Shown piece by piece: positions 51,723 through 60,956 of a stretch of DNA of 64,000 bases; the first letter of the stretch is position 1; every line of letters begins with the position of its first letter. This DNA comes from Eubacteriales bacterium (GTDB lineage: Bacteria > Bacillota > Clostridia > Oscillospirales > CAG-272). The translations under genes were made by a program, and so were the position numbers. The stretch is from assembly GCA_051868045.1 (NCBI GenBank), contig JBJDZN010000041.1, positions 13,087-77,086 of the forward strand, read 5' to 3'. Below the pieces are notes generated by a model that did no database searches, was not told the DNA's origin, and worked only from the letters and a program-made list of their open reading frames with translations.

Positions 51723-53267
51723 TCAGCCCTGTCCGTCCCCGTTTTCTGCCGTTTTCTTGCCCTTTTTGAACAGTTCCTCCTTGCGGATTCGCTGTTTCGC
51801 CAGTCTCCACTGATGCTTGTAGTACTTCTCAAAGGCAAAATACTCCCGCTCCAGTCTCAGAAACCGTTCCCTTGTGGTGTAATCGGTTTCTTCTTCCTTT
51901 TCACCGGCAAGCAGGCGACAGCCTCTGAGCTGTCCGACAAGCAAAGCCCGTTCCTGCTCCCAAACCTCTTCCCTTTCGGAAAGTTCCTTTTCGTGGAGCC
52001 GATCCCGCTCCAACAGTGCCTTTTCCGAGCGGATAACCTCATCGGAAAGCATCTTTTCGCCCTGCTTCATCGCCGCACGGACATCCTGCTCCAGCGAATC
52101 CATCCGCCGAAGCTGCTCCTCTGCGCGGACCTTTGCCTCATCAAGCCGACTCTCTGCCTCTGCATTCTGCCGTTCCGATTCTGTCAGCCGATCGGACAAA
52201 TCCCGATTAGCCAAAAGAACCCTTTCAAGACGGTCTTCCAGCAGTGCAATGTACTCCTTGTCGGACAGCTTCTCCCGTCCTGCCGCAATCTCCTGCCGGA
52301 CCTCCTCATGATACCGAATCTCTTCCTCTTTCAGAAGCTCCTCCAATTGGGGTACCCTGTCGCAAGCCAGATCGGAAAAGACCAGACGTAGCATTTCTCC
52401 GATCTCGCTCAGCATTTCCCGATCCCTTTGGGGCAGTTCCTTTCTGCTCTCCTCCCGACTTTCTACCCGATAGCCGGTGCCCCGGTAGGCATGAAGATAG
52501 GAGTACAGCTCGTATGCCGCCGCAAAATGGCGGTTGCTCCGCAGAACGTTGGTCTGAACCACCGGAGGACGAAGCAGAGGGGCTTTCGCCACCTCTTGCA
52601 TCAGATCGGTGGCAAGCAGGGTTTCGATCTGGGCAAGAATTTCGGACAGGCGTTTGGTAGGCGATGTCGGATCGGTTCCCCGTGCGGTACGGGTATCGGT
52701 CATCCGATTCTGCCAGAGAAGTTCGCTGTCCCGGTCGCTGACCCCCATGCTGCTGCACAGTTCCAGCATCCTGCCCTCGCTGACTCCTGCCATTTCACGG
52801 TATTTCAGGGAAACAAAGTCCTTGATGTAAAGAAACAGGGCGTAAAGAAAGCGATTTTCATAGACGGCGTAGTTTTCGGAATTTTCAATGATGTAGATCT
52901 CCTCGGGAACCAGACGTTCCTCGTCATCGGGATGGGGTTTGAGCAGTTCCGAGTGACCCGCCAGATGGCGCACCGATTCCTTGGTGGGATGCTTGGCGCG
53001 GTCAATGCGTACCACGTCCCCCTCCTTATTGATCTGACTGCGCTGCTGCTCCACCGCTTTAACCAGATGGGGCATGGCGTTCTCGATCTGCTCGATCCAG
53101 TCGTCGCACAGCTCGCACTGCTGACTGCGGAAGGTCAGTTCAAAGGGGGTCTCGCCGACCTCGGTAAACGCCGGTTTTCCCTTGCTCCGCTCCCTGCAAA
53201 GGCTTCGGAGAACCCGATAATATTTCAGATCACGGGAGTTATCATTTTTTTCGTTTGTTAGGCTCAT
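51723..53267 (-). CDS. McrC-like N-terminal region fused to a long coiled coil; no nuclease motif seen
   Basis: The ENYAVYENRFLYALFLYIKDF block resembles the YENRF signature of McrC/DUF2357 N-domains (from memory). Residues ~290-470 are heptad-like and E/R/L/K-rich. I find no PD-(D/E)xK or HNH pattern. Confidence 0.7.
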   Translation of the reverse strand: MSLTNEKNDNSRDLKYYRVLRSLCRERSKGKPAFTEVGETPFELTFRSQQCELCDDWIEQIENAMPHLVKAVEQQRSQINKEGDVVRIDRAKHPTKESVRHLAGHSELLKPHPDDEERLVPEEIYIIENSENYAVYENRFLYALFLYIKDFVSLKYREMAGVSEGRMLELCSSMGVSDRDSELLWQNRMTDTRTARGTDPTSPTKRLSEILAQIETLLATDLMQEVAKAPLLRPPVVQTNVLRSNRHFAAAYELYSYLHAYRGTGYRVESREESRKELPQRDREMLSEIGEMLRLVFSDLACDRVPQLEELLKEEEIRYHEEVRQEIAAGREKLSDKEYIALLEDRLERVLLANRDLSDRLTESERQNAEAESRLDEAKVRAEEQLRRMDSLEQDVRAAMKQGEKMLSDEVIRSEKALLERDRLHEKELSEREEVWEQERALLVGQLRGCRLLAGEKEEETDYTTRERFLRLEREYFAFEKYYKHQWRLAKQRIRKEELFKKGKKTAENGDGQG

Positions 53268-54414
53268 CTGTTATCCTGCCTTTCGGGAAGGTTGCCCGAC
53301 TTCTGTGTCGGTCGATTTTTCAATGGAGGAATTTGCCAAGGGTGCGTCTGCACAGGGGAAGTCCGTCCTCCCCGAAGAGGTTGTCCAGACAATCCTCCAG
53401 CCCCTTTGCCTCGGTGCGCACATAAACCGGATTCTGATTTTCCAGCTTCCGCAGTACCTTCCGGGCGATGATCTGATCCACACCGTCCATCTCCCTGCCT
53501 CCGCAGGCGAGATAAACCGGGATAAAGCCCTCGATCTGGCTCATAATCCGGTTCCCGAAGGTGATGCCCAGATGTCCGATCAGATAGGCATCCAGTGCCT
53601 CGATCTTCTCCCGCACCTCTTCGCTGAGCCGATATTTCACCCTTGCCTCACGGAACAGCCTGTCCAGCTGATTTCCCGTCAGACTCACGCCCTCGGCACT
53701 CCCGGAGGCGGAAAAGGGCTTCGCCCGGCGATCCAGATCCAGCACCATGGCACGGTCGTAGACCTTGTCCGAGATGGCGAGGGTCGAATCGTCGTTGTTT
53801 GCCGTTCCCACGAACCAGACCGTGTCGGGAATGTGGAGCTTGCCGTTCTTCAGCCGTTTGGGATCGTCCGAACGGCTGTCGGACACGATCTCAACGGTGC
53901 GGCTCTGACTGTCGGGTAGTTCCAGAACCGACAGAAATTCGGCAAAATAATATTCCACACGGGCGATGTTCATCTCGTCCAGCACGGCGACATAGACTCT
54001 GTCGTTGGTTCCCGCCTCGTACAGCTTCTGGAGCAGTTCGGTCTCATGGAAGGTGCCGGTGAACTCGTTGAAATAGCCCAGCAGATCGGTTCTGTCCTTC
54101 CAGGAAGGCTGAACGGGAACCATCACGGCATCGTTGCCCATGAATTTTCCGAAGGCATACGCCAGCGAGGTTTTTCCGGTGCCGGAAATGCCCTGCATAA
54201 TGATCAGCTTGGTCACCGACATCCCGGCGACGAAGGATCGGATCACATCGGCATCGTAGTACAGTCCCATCTGTCCGGCGGCAAAATTCCGAAAACGGGT
54301 GCAAAGCTCGGACAGGGTCAGATCGGGATCCGCCTTGGGGGTCTGCACCGTCTGACGGTCGGTCTGACACAGCCGATAGAACCGGGGTTCCTCTTCCGCC
54401 CCCTTGGCGGAACC
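53264..54414. repeat. direct repeat copy B (1151 bp)
   Basis: See copy A. Confidence 0.9.
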
Positions 54415-54609
54415 GCCGCTTTTGGCGCCGACCGTCTGCACCTGATGAAACCGCAGGGTCAGGAGGACGACGAAAAGGATCAGCAGGAGAAGAAGGGCGA
54501 TCATGTACAGAAAGACAGCGGTGTGTCCGGTCAGTGCCGACCAGATTCCGGAATTCCGGATACTTTGCAGAAAATCCGAATTGTCAAGGGAAAGAGCGGG
54601 AATAACCAT
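53320..54609 (-). CDS. membrane-anchored McrB-family AAA+ GTPase, paralog 1 (one predicted TM helix)
   Basis: Same AAA+ core as paralog 2, with an identical C-terminal ~325 aa. N-terminal MVIPALSLDNSDFLQSIRNSGIWSALTGHT, then TM AVFLYMIALLLLLILFVVLLTL. AAAGG RBS 9 nt upstream. Confidence 0.85.
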   Translation of the reverse strand: MVIPALSLDNSDFLQSIRNSGIWSALTGHTAVFLYMIALLLLLILFVVLLTLRFHQVQTVGAKSGGSAKGAEEEPRFYRLCQTDRQTVQTPKADPDLTLSELCTRFRNFAAGQMGLYYDADVIRSFVAGMSVTKLIIMQGISGTGKTSLAYAFGKFMGNDAVMVPVQPSWKDRTDLLGYFNEFTGTFHETELLQKLYEAGTNDRVYVAVLDEMNIARVEYYFAEFLSVLELPDSQSRTVEIVSDSRSDDPKRLKNGKLHIPDTVWFVGTANNDDSTLAISDKVYDRAMVLDLDRRAKPFSASGSAEGVSLTGNQLDRLFREARVKYRLSEEVREKIEALDAYLIGHLGITFGNRIMSQIEGFIPVYLACGGREMDGVDQIIARKVLRKLENQNPVYVRTEAKGLEDCLDNLFGEDGLPLCRRTLGKFLH

Positions 54610-54880
54610 ATCGTAAACCTTTCTATAAAAAACGGCATCGAGCCGAGTGCAGGATGCGGGGCGGACCGGCTCCCCGAAACGGGGAGTCGGTCACCCGGAC
54701 TTCTTTTTGCGGGATGGTCACAAGGACAAAAGTCGTGCAGATGGTCGATGCCAAAATTGGATTTGTGGAGGGTGATTTCGGTAGACCCCGTCAAAGGGAC
54801 GGATGCTCTACCTTTTTATTCTATTGAAAAAGAAAAATTCCTTCCGATTTTTAAAATTTTGCAAAGAAATGTTGTCAATT
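54610..54880 (-). promoter_or_regulatory. structured ~250-nt leader / possible small RNA upstream of the AAA+ cluster, with a weak promoter candidate
   Basis: On the minus strand: TTGACA (54878-54873) with only a poor -10 (TTTAAA/TAAAAA), then several GC-rich helices (details in findings) ending in GATGCCGTTTTTT just before the RBS. Confidence 0.3.
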
Positions 54881-54985
54881 CTTGTTGCTACAGGGAATTA
54901 TCCGCTCATGGCTAAGGGGATGAAGGGGAAAACGGCAAAGCCGCAACCCGTCCGCTCAGACAACTGTGCCGAACCGCACGTCGGA

Positions 54986-57211
54986 TCACACCCGATAGTG
55001 ATTGATCAGGCAACCGTCGGCAATGATCTGCCTCTCCTCGGGGGACAGACTGCCGAGACTCAGGATCAGCTCCCGAACAGAGCCGTCCCCACCGATCACG
55101 TGGGCGACCGTCTCAGATGCTCCCGACAGGAGCAGGTCACGGACACCGGTAATCAGAATGTAGTCCCCCTTCTCCAGATTGGGGTCTTCGGGAACGGTAA
55201 AGGGCAGCATACCCCAGTTGATCAGATTGGAGCGGTATCTCTTGGTGGCGTATTCGATGGCGATATTGGCGACGCCGCCCAGCACCCTCTGACAGGATGC
55301 CGCCTGCTCTCTTGCCGAGCCGTCACCCGGCTTGACGGCATAGATCAGCGTACCCAGCAGAATCTCTTCCTTGGGGGTATCGGTGTAGGGTGCGATTTTC
55401 TCATAAATTTCCGACAGCCCGTCGGGAACCTTTCCGACTCTGCGTCCCGCCTCCAGAGTGCGGACTTCCTTTGCAGTCTGAACATAGGAGGGATCCCGTC
55501 TGGACAGGGCAAAGGAGGACAACCGCTCGGGATTGGAACGGTAGGACGAGGTCTCGCCGGAAGGGATCAGCTCGTCGGTGGTGGTAACGGGGTCCTTCAG
55601 AACGCTCGCCACCTTCAGAAGGCAGGTGTCGGGTGCCGCAGGGAAATCGGGCCAGTCGGCGATATTCGGACCAAAGACCAGCTTTTCCTCGGGATTTGCC
55701 CGTCCGAAGCCGTTATAAACCCGGTTTCTGTAAACCGTATCGTCATAGCGATAATCGGGAGCGGTGTATTCCACTTCCAGATCGGTGGCGGGAGTCAGTA
55801 CGCCGCCCATTTTTGCCGTTGCGGCAATGGAGCGGGAGTCCATCAATGCCACAGCCGCAATCTGTCCCTCGCCGGGCTTGGAGCCTTCACGGTTGGGGAA
55901 ATTACGGGTGGAATGACGGATGGACAGTCCGCCGTTGGCGGGAACATCGCCTGCACCGAAGCAGGGACCGCAGAAGGCGGTACGCAGGACGGCACCTGCC
56001 TCTGCCAGTGTGGACGCCCTTCCCGTGCGGAGCAGACCCAGCAGGGTGGGCTGGGATGCGGGATAAACCGACAGTCCGAAGCCGCCGGATCCCACCGATC
56101 CGCCTGCCAGAATGTCGGCGGCGGCGCAGAGATTTTCATAGGAGCCGCCTGCACAGCCTGCAATGACGCCCTGATCCACATAGAATTTTCCGTCACGATA
56201 TTTGGAGCGAAGGTCCGGCTTGACGCCCAGCTCCTTTTCTGCCGTTTCCTCCACCTTTTCCAGATAGGTCGGGGCATTCGCCAGGAAATCCCGGACGGTG
56301 TAGGTGTTGGAGGGGTGGAAAGGCAGTGCGATCATAGGTTCGACGGCGGAAAGATCAATCTCCACCAGTCCATCGTAGTAAGCGACTCCCTTGGGTGCCA
56401 GACGACGATAGTCTCCGGCTCTGCCGTGAAGGGCGAGGAATTCCTCGGTCTTCTCATCGGTCATCCAGATGGAGGACAGGCAGGTGGTTTCGGTGGTCAT
56501 AACATCCACACCGTTGCGGAAATCCATGGACAGTCCGGAAATGCCGTCGCCGACGAACTCCAGAATCTTGTTCTTGACAAATCCGCCGGGGAAGGTAGCC
56601 CCAACCAGTGCCAGTGCCACATCGTGGGGACCCACACCGGGGCGGACCTTGCCGGTCAGATGAACGGCAATCACCTCGGGACGGGGAATGTCGTAAGTAC
56701 GGCAGAGCAGCTGCTTGACCAACTCGGGTCCGCCCTCGCCAATGGCAAGGGTTCCCAGTGCGCCGTATCTTGTATGGGAGTCAGAGCCGAGAATCATCTT
56801 GCCGCATCCCGCAAAGCACTCCCGCATATAGGAATGGATCACCGACTGATGGGCGGGGACGAAGATGCCGCCGTATTTTTTTGCGGCGGACAGACCGAAG
56901 AGATGGTCGTCCTCATTGATGGTGCCGCCTACGGCACACAGCGAATTGTGACAGTTGGTCAGCACATAGGGGATGGGAAATTTCGTCAACCCCGATGCTC
57001 TGGCGGTCTGGATGATGCCCACATAGGTGATGTCGTGGGATGCCATTGCATCAAATTTTATCTTGAAATTCTCCTCGTTGCCCGAATGATTGTGGGCGGT
57101 GAGGATGGAATATGCCATGGTGTTCTTCCGTGCCTCTTCTGCCGGGATTTCCGCACCGTCGAGAAACTGCCCGTTTTCGTAGAACACGCCGTGTCTGACC
57201 AATTTTACCAT
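54986..57211 (-). CDS. aconitase-family hydratase (mitochondrial-type aconitate hydratase-like, 741 aa)
   Basis: [21 protein letters not shown] and [11 protein letters not shown] cluster-ligand motifs, plus a C-terminal swivel domain. Confidence 0.75.
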   Translation of the reverse strand: MVKLVRHGVFYENGQFLDGAEIPAEEARKNTMAYSILTAHNHSGNEENFKIKFDAMASHDITYVGIIQTARASGLTKFPIPYVLTNCHNSLCAVGGTINEDDHLFGLSAAKKYGGIFVPAHQSVIHSYMRECFAGCGKMILGSDSHTRYGALGTLAIGEGGPELVKQLLCRTYDIPRPEVIAVHLTGKVRPGVGPHDVALALVGATFPGGFVKNKILEFVGDGISGLSMDFRNGVDVMTTETTCLSSIWMTDEKTEEFLALHGRAGDYRRLAPKGVAYYDGLVEIDLSAVEPMIALPFHPSNTYTVRDFLANAPTYLEKVEETAEKELGVKPDLRSKYRDGKFYVDQGVIAGCAGGSYENLCAAADILAGGSVGSGGFGLSVYPASQPTLLGLLRTGRASTLAEAGAVLRTAFCGPCFGAGDVPANGGLSIRHSTRNFPNREGSKPGEGQIAAVALMDSRSIAATAKMGGVLTPATDLEVEYTAPDYRYDDTVYRNRVYNGFGRANPEEKLVFGPNIADWPDFPAAPDTCLLKVASVLKDPVTTTDELIPSGETSSYRSNPERLSSFALSRRDPSYVQTAKEVRTLEAGRRVGKVPDGLSEIYEKIAPYTDTPKEEILLGTLIYAVKPGDGSAREQAASCQRVLGGVANIAIEYATKRYRSNLINWGMLPFTVPEDPNLEKGDYILITGVRDLLLSGASETVAHVIGGDGSVRELILSLGSLSPEERQIIADGCLINHYRV

Positions 57212-57289
57212 TTTCGTTACCGTTCCTTTACTGATACTGAGATTGCCTGATTTACCCCTGTTTGCGATTCATTGTCAATGGGTATCTTC

Positions 57290-57318
57290 ATTCTATCACA
57301 TTTTCTCATTCTTTGCAA
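57290..57318 (-). promoter_or_regulatory. sigma-70-like promoter candidate for the hydratase gene
   Basis: On the minus strand: TTGCAA (57318-57313), 17-nt spacer ending in TGA, TAGAAT (57295-57290). Confidence 0.45.
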
Positions 57319-57443
57319 GGGCTTTTTTGCTCTTTTTTTCGTTCCGAAGCGAATTTCCCGCCGGACAACCTTCCGCACGGGCTGACTTTTCAATTTTGCA
57401 ACAAATTCTTTACAAAATGTGTAGATAAAATTATATAATCCTC

Positions 57444-57472
57444 TTGACACGTTTCACATTTTGTGCTATAAT
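57444..57472 (+). promoter_or_regulatory. consensus sigma-70 promoter with extended -10
   Basis: TTGACA at 57444-57449, 17-nt spacer ending in TGC, TATAAT at 57467-57472. Confidence 0.55.
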
Positions 57473-57548
57473 ATTGATGTGAGCAAGGGACCCCGCTCCC
57501 CGAAAATCGGTGTTTCCAAAAAAAATTTTACCCGAAAGGACAAATCCC

Positions 57549-58199
57549 ATGAGCAAAAGCGTCTATTCTCTGATTCTCAGCGACGAGGTTGTTGCCGCCG
57601 TCGATCGGCTCGCCTATCAAAAGGGGCTTTCCCGATCTGCGATGGTCAACGAGCTGTTGGCATCGGCGGTTTCCTGCGTCACTCCGGAAATGTGGGTGCG
57701 GCAGATTCTGGACCGACTGGACGAAGGGTTGTCCGACGGCGTTTTTCTTCCCGTCCAAAGCGGCGGAACGGCATACTCGGTGCGCTCCAGACTGGTCTAC
57801 AAATACAACCCTTCCCTGCGCTTCTCCATCGAACTGTCCAAGGCGGCACTGCCCGAAATCGGCTGGCTCAAGGTAGGACTGCGGAGCCGCAGCGATCAGC
57901 TGATTCTGCTACTGCTGGATTTCTTCGAGCTGTGGCAGACCGTGGAGTCTGCCTACTGTCCCGATGCCAAATACGCCGTCCGTGACGGCAGGCTGGAACG
58001 GGAATTGGTGCTTCGGGAGCCCACTCACCCAAATCCCACTCCGAAGGTCATCGGGGATAGCATCGTGGCATATATCAATCTGCTCAACAACGCCATCGGC
58101 TCCTTTTTCGAGCAATCCTGCGACAAATCCCTTGCCGTTTCCCCGATTTTGTCCCTGTGCGATCGGTATTACCGCCGTCAGGACGTTCTGCGAATCTAG
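57549..58199 (+). CDS. hypothetical protein with an N-terminal ribbon-helix-helix (CopG/Arc-like) motif
   Basis: MSKSVYSLILSDEVVAAVDRLAYQKGLSRSAMVNELL is RHH-like. ATG 57549 follows AAAGGA. The remainder matches no family I recognise. Confidence 0.65.
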   Translation: MSKSVYSLILSDEVVAAVDRLAYQKGLSRSAMVNELLASAVSCVTPEMWVRQILDRLDEGLSDGVFLPVQSGGTAYSVRSRLVYKYNPSLRFSIELSKAALPEIGWLKVGLRSRSDQLILLLLDFFELWQTVESAYCPDAKYAVRDGRLERELVLREPTHPNPTPKVIGDSIVAYINLLNNAIGSFFEQSCDKSLAVSPILSLCDRYYRRQDVLRI

Positions 58200-58293
58200 C
58201 GATCCCGACCCGATTCCGTGACGAATCAACAAAATTTATCCAAAACCAATACAAGAATTATCCAAAATCCGTACAAGAAAGGATGTCTGACAC

Positions 58294-60879
58294 ATGAAAG
58301 ACAACAAATATACTCAAAAATCCATGGAAGCCCTGCGGACGGCACAGAATCTCGCCGAAGAGAACGGCAATCCCTCTCTTCTGCCCGAGCATCTGTTCTG
58401 CGCCCTGGTTTCCGACTCCGAGGGACTCCTTCCCCGCCTGCTGTCCAAAATGGGCGTGGATGCGGCTTCCCTTCACCGTGACCTGATCTCCGAGATCGGA
58501 CGGCTGCCGAAGGTTCAGGGCGGCGAACTGTACGCCTCCCGGGAGCTGTCCGAGGTCATCCGTATTGCCGAAAGCGAAGCCGAGAAGATGCACGACAGCT
58601 ATCTGTCCGCCGAGCATCTGATGCTGGGACTGATGGAAAAGCCCACCGATAAAATCTCCGCCCTGCTCAGTCGCTACGGCATCACAAAAGATGCTTTTCT
58701 GTCCGCTCTGAAGGAGGTCAGAGGCAACCGCTCCGCCGACTCGGACAATCCCGAGGCAACCTACGATGCCCTGAAGAAATACGGCACCGATCTGTGCGAA
58801 AAAGCCCGCGCCCAGAAGCTGGACCCTGTCATCGGGCGTGACGAGGAGATTGCCAACGTCATCCGGATCCTGTCCCGTAAGACCAAGAACAATCCCTGCC
58901 TGATCGGCGAACCCGGCGTAGGCAAAACCGCCATTGCCGAGGGACTTGCCCAGCGTATCGTCAAGGGCGATGTTCCCCAGAATCTGAAGGACACCTCCCT
59001 GTTCTCGCTGGACATGGGTGCGCTGATCGCAGGTGCCAAATTCAGAGGCGAATTCGAGGAGCGTCTGAAGGCGGTGCTGAACGAAATCAAGGCGTCCGAC
59101 GGCAAGATCATTCTGTTCATCGACGAGCTTCACACCATTGTGGGCGCAGGTGCCACAGAGGGTGCCATGGATGCCGGCAATCTGCTGAAGCCGATGCTTG
59201 CCAGAGGCGAGCTGCACTGCATCGGTGCCACGACCCTGAACGAATACCGGAAGTATATCGAAAAGGATGCCGCCCTGGAGCGTCGTTTCCAGCCGGTCAA
59301 CGTTCCCGAACCCACCGTTGAGGACACCATCTCCATCCTCCGTGGACTGAAGGAGCGGTACGAGGTCTATCACGGCGTCAAAATTCACGACAATGCTCTG
59401 ATTTCGGCGGCAACCCTGTCCGACCGTTATATTTCCGACCGTTTCCTGCCCGACAAAGCCATCGACCTGGTGGACGAAGCCTGTGCAATGATCAAATCCG
59501 AGATGAATTCCATGCCCCAGGAGCTGGATGAGGTTCGCCGTCGGATTCTACAGCTTCAGATCGAGGAAGCGGCACTGAAAAAGGAGACCGACAAGCTGTC
59601 CGCCGACCGTCTGGAGACCATTCAGGGCGAACTTGCCGACCTGAACGAAAAGTTCAGCAGTATGAAAGCCCAGTGGGAAAGCGAAAAGTCCTCCATAGGC
59701 AAGGTTCAGAAGCTCCGTGAGGAAATCGAGCAGGTGAACGAGCAGATTGAAAACGCCCAGTCCACCGGCAGTTACGACCTGTCCAAGGCGGCTGAACTTC
59801 GTTATTCGGTTCTGCCCCGTCTGCAAAAACAGCTTGCCGAAGAAGAGGAAAAGGCAAAATCGGCTCCCACCACCTCCTATCTGCGCACCTCGGTTACCGA
59901 GGAGGAAATCGCCCGTATCGTGGCAAGATGGACGAAAATCCCCGTCTCCAAGCTGATGGAGGGCGAAAAGGAAAAGCTCCTTCGTCTGGAGGACACCGTC
60001 CATGAGCGTGTCATCGGTCAGGATCAGGCGGTAACGGCGGTCTGCGATGCCATTCTGCGTTCCCGTGCAGGCATCCAGAACCCCAACCGTCCGCTGGGTT
60101 CCTTCCTGTTCCTGGGTCCCACCGGCGTGGGCAAGACCGAGCTTGCCAAAACCCTTGCCGAGACTCTGTTTGACGACGTCCGCGCCATGATCCGGATTGA
60201 TATGTCCGAGTATATGGAGAAGCATTCGGTAGCGAGACTGATCGGAGCACCTCCCGGCTATGTGGGCTACGACGAGGGCGGTCAGCTGACCGAAGCGGTC
60301 CGCCGCCGTCCCTATGCGGTCATCCTCTTTGATGAGATCGAAAAGGCGCACCCCGACGTCTTCAACATCCTGCTTCAGGTGCTGGACGACGGCAGAATCA
60401 CCGATTCCAAGGGCAGAACGGTGGACTTCAAGAACACCATCATCATCCTGACCTCCAATCTGGGCTCCGACATCCTGCTGGAGGGGATCACCCCCGACGG
60501 AGAAATCTCCGATGAAGCCAAGGCTCAGGTGGATGCCCTGCTGAAACGCTCCTTCCGTCCCGAATTTCTCAACCGTCTGGACGAGATCAGCACCTTCAAG
60601 CCTCTGACCGAGGCAGACATCCGAAAGATCGTCGATCTGATGCTGAAGGATCTGGAGAAACGTCTTGCCGACAAGCAGTTGATCCTCAGAGTCACCGATT
60701 CTGCCAAAGCCAGAATCATCAAAGAGGGCTACGATCCCATCTACGGTGCCCGTCCTTTGAAGCGGTATATCCAGTCCCATGTGGAGACGCTGCTGGCAAG
60801 GTATATCATCGCCAGAGACCCCACTCCCGACTCCATCGTCACGGTGGACGACGGCGAAGACGGTCTGACGGTACGGTAA
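58294..60879 (+). CDS. clpB: ClpB disaggregase (two AAA+ modules plus a middle coiled coil)
   Basis: Clp_N repeats, [10 protein letters not shown] and [12 protein letters not shown] Walker A motifs, and an M-domain. Confidence 0.97.
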   Translation: MKDNKYTQKSMEALRTAQNLAEENGNPSLLPEHLFCALVSDSEGLLPRLLSKMGVDAASLHRDLISEIGRLPKVQGGELYASRELSEVIRIAESEAEKMHDSYLSAEHLMLGLMEKPTDKISALLSRYGITKDAFLSALKEVRGNRSADSDNPEATYDALKKYGTDLCEKARAQKLDPVIGRDEEIANVIRILSRKTKNNPCLIGEPGVGKTAIAEGLAQRIVKGDVPQNLKDTSLFSLDMGALIAGAKFRGEFEERLKAVLNEIKASDGKIILFIDELHTIVGAGATEGAMDAGNLLKPMLARGELHCIGATTLNEYRKYIEKDAALERRFQPVNVPEPTVEDTISILRGLKERYEVYHGVKIHDNALISAATLSDRYISDRFLPDKAIDLVDEACAMIKSEMNSMPQELDEVRRRILQLQIEEAALKKETDKLSADRLETIQGELADLNEKFSSMKAQWESEKSSIGKVQKLREEIEQVNEQIENAQSTGSYDLSKAAELRYSVLPRLQKQLAEEEEKAKSAPTTSYLRTSVTEEEIARIVARWTKIPVSKLMEGEKEKLLRLEDTVHERVIGQDQAVTAVCDAILRSRAGIQNPNRPLGSFLFLGPTGVGKTELAKTLAETLFDDVRAMIRIDMSEYMEKHSVARLIGAPPGYVGYDEGGQLTEAVRRRPYAVILFDEIEKAHPDVFNILLQVLDDGRITDSKGRTVDFKNTIIILTSNLGSDILLEGITPDGEISDEAKAQVDALLKRSFRPEFLNRLDEISTFKPLTEADIRKIVDLMLKDLEKRLADKQLILRVTDSAKARIIKEGYDPIYGARPLKRYIQSHVETLLARYIIARDPTPDSIVTVDDGEDGLTVR

Positions 60880-60904
60880 CTCCGCTCCCTCAAAACAAAC
60901 GGTT

Positions 60905-60941
60905 CCCCTGCACCCGATAAATCGAGTGCAGGGGAATTTTA
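60905..60941. terminator. terminator between clpB and the convergent lipoprotein gene
   Basis: CCCCTGCAC ccgataaatcga GTGCAGGGG followed by AATTTTA. Confidence 0.6.
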
Positions 60942-60956
60942 TTGAAACTCGGTGAA

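Noticed and set aside
50251-51810. Full 519-aa version of McrB-like paralog 2 starting at GTG 51810
   Set aside because: It would overlap the upstream coiled-coil gene by 88 nt and has no RBS. ATG 51708 (14 nt after the upstream stop) or ATG 51609 are more plausible.
45584-54609. The cluster as a mobile element or prophage fragment
   Set aside because: There is no integrase, transposase, recombinase, terminal inverted repeat or flanking tRNA. The composition looks like the surrounding genes by eye. The internal 1.15-kb repeat is a gene duplication, not IS ends.
54680-54705. GAAGTCCGGGTGACCG (minus strand) as an RNase P P4-like or T-box-like motif
   Set aside because: The match is only a partial string resemblance. 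The element is far too short for RNase P RNA, lacks the other conserved regions, and does not contain the UGGN bulge context of a T-box. It is kept only as an unclassified structured element.
54803-57250. 815-aa ORF on the plus strand
   Set aside because: It is antisense to the aconitase-family gene, with no motifs or RBS and a Gly/Ala/Val-rich composition.
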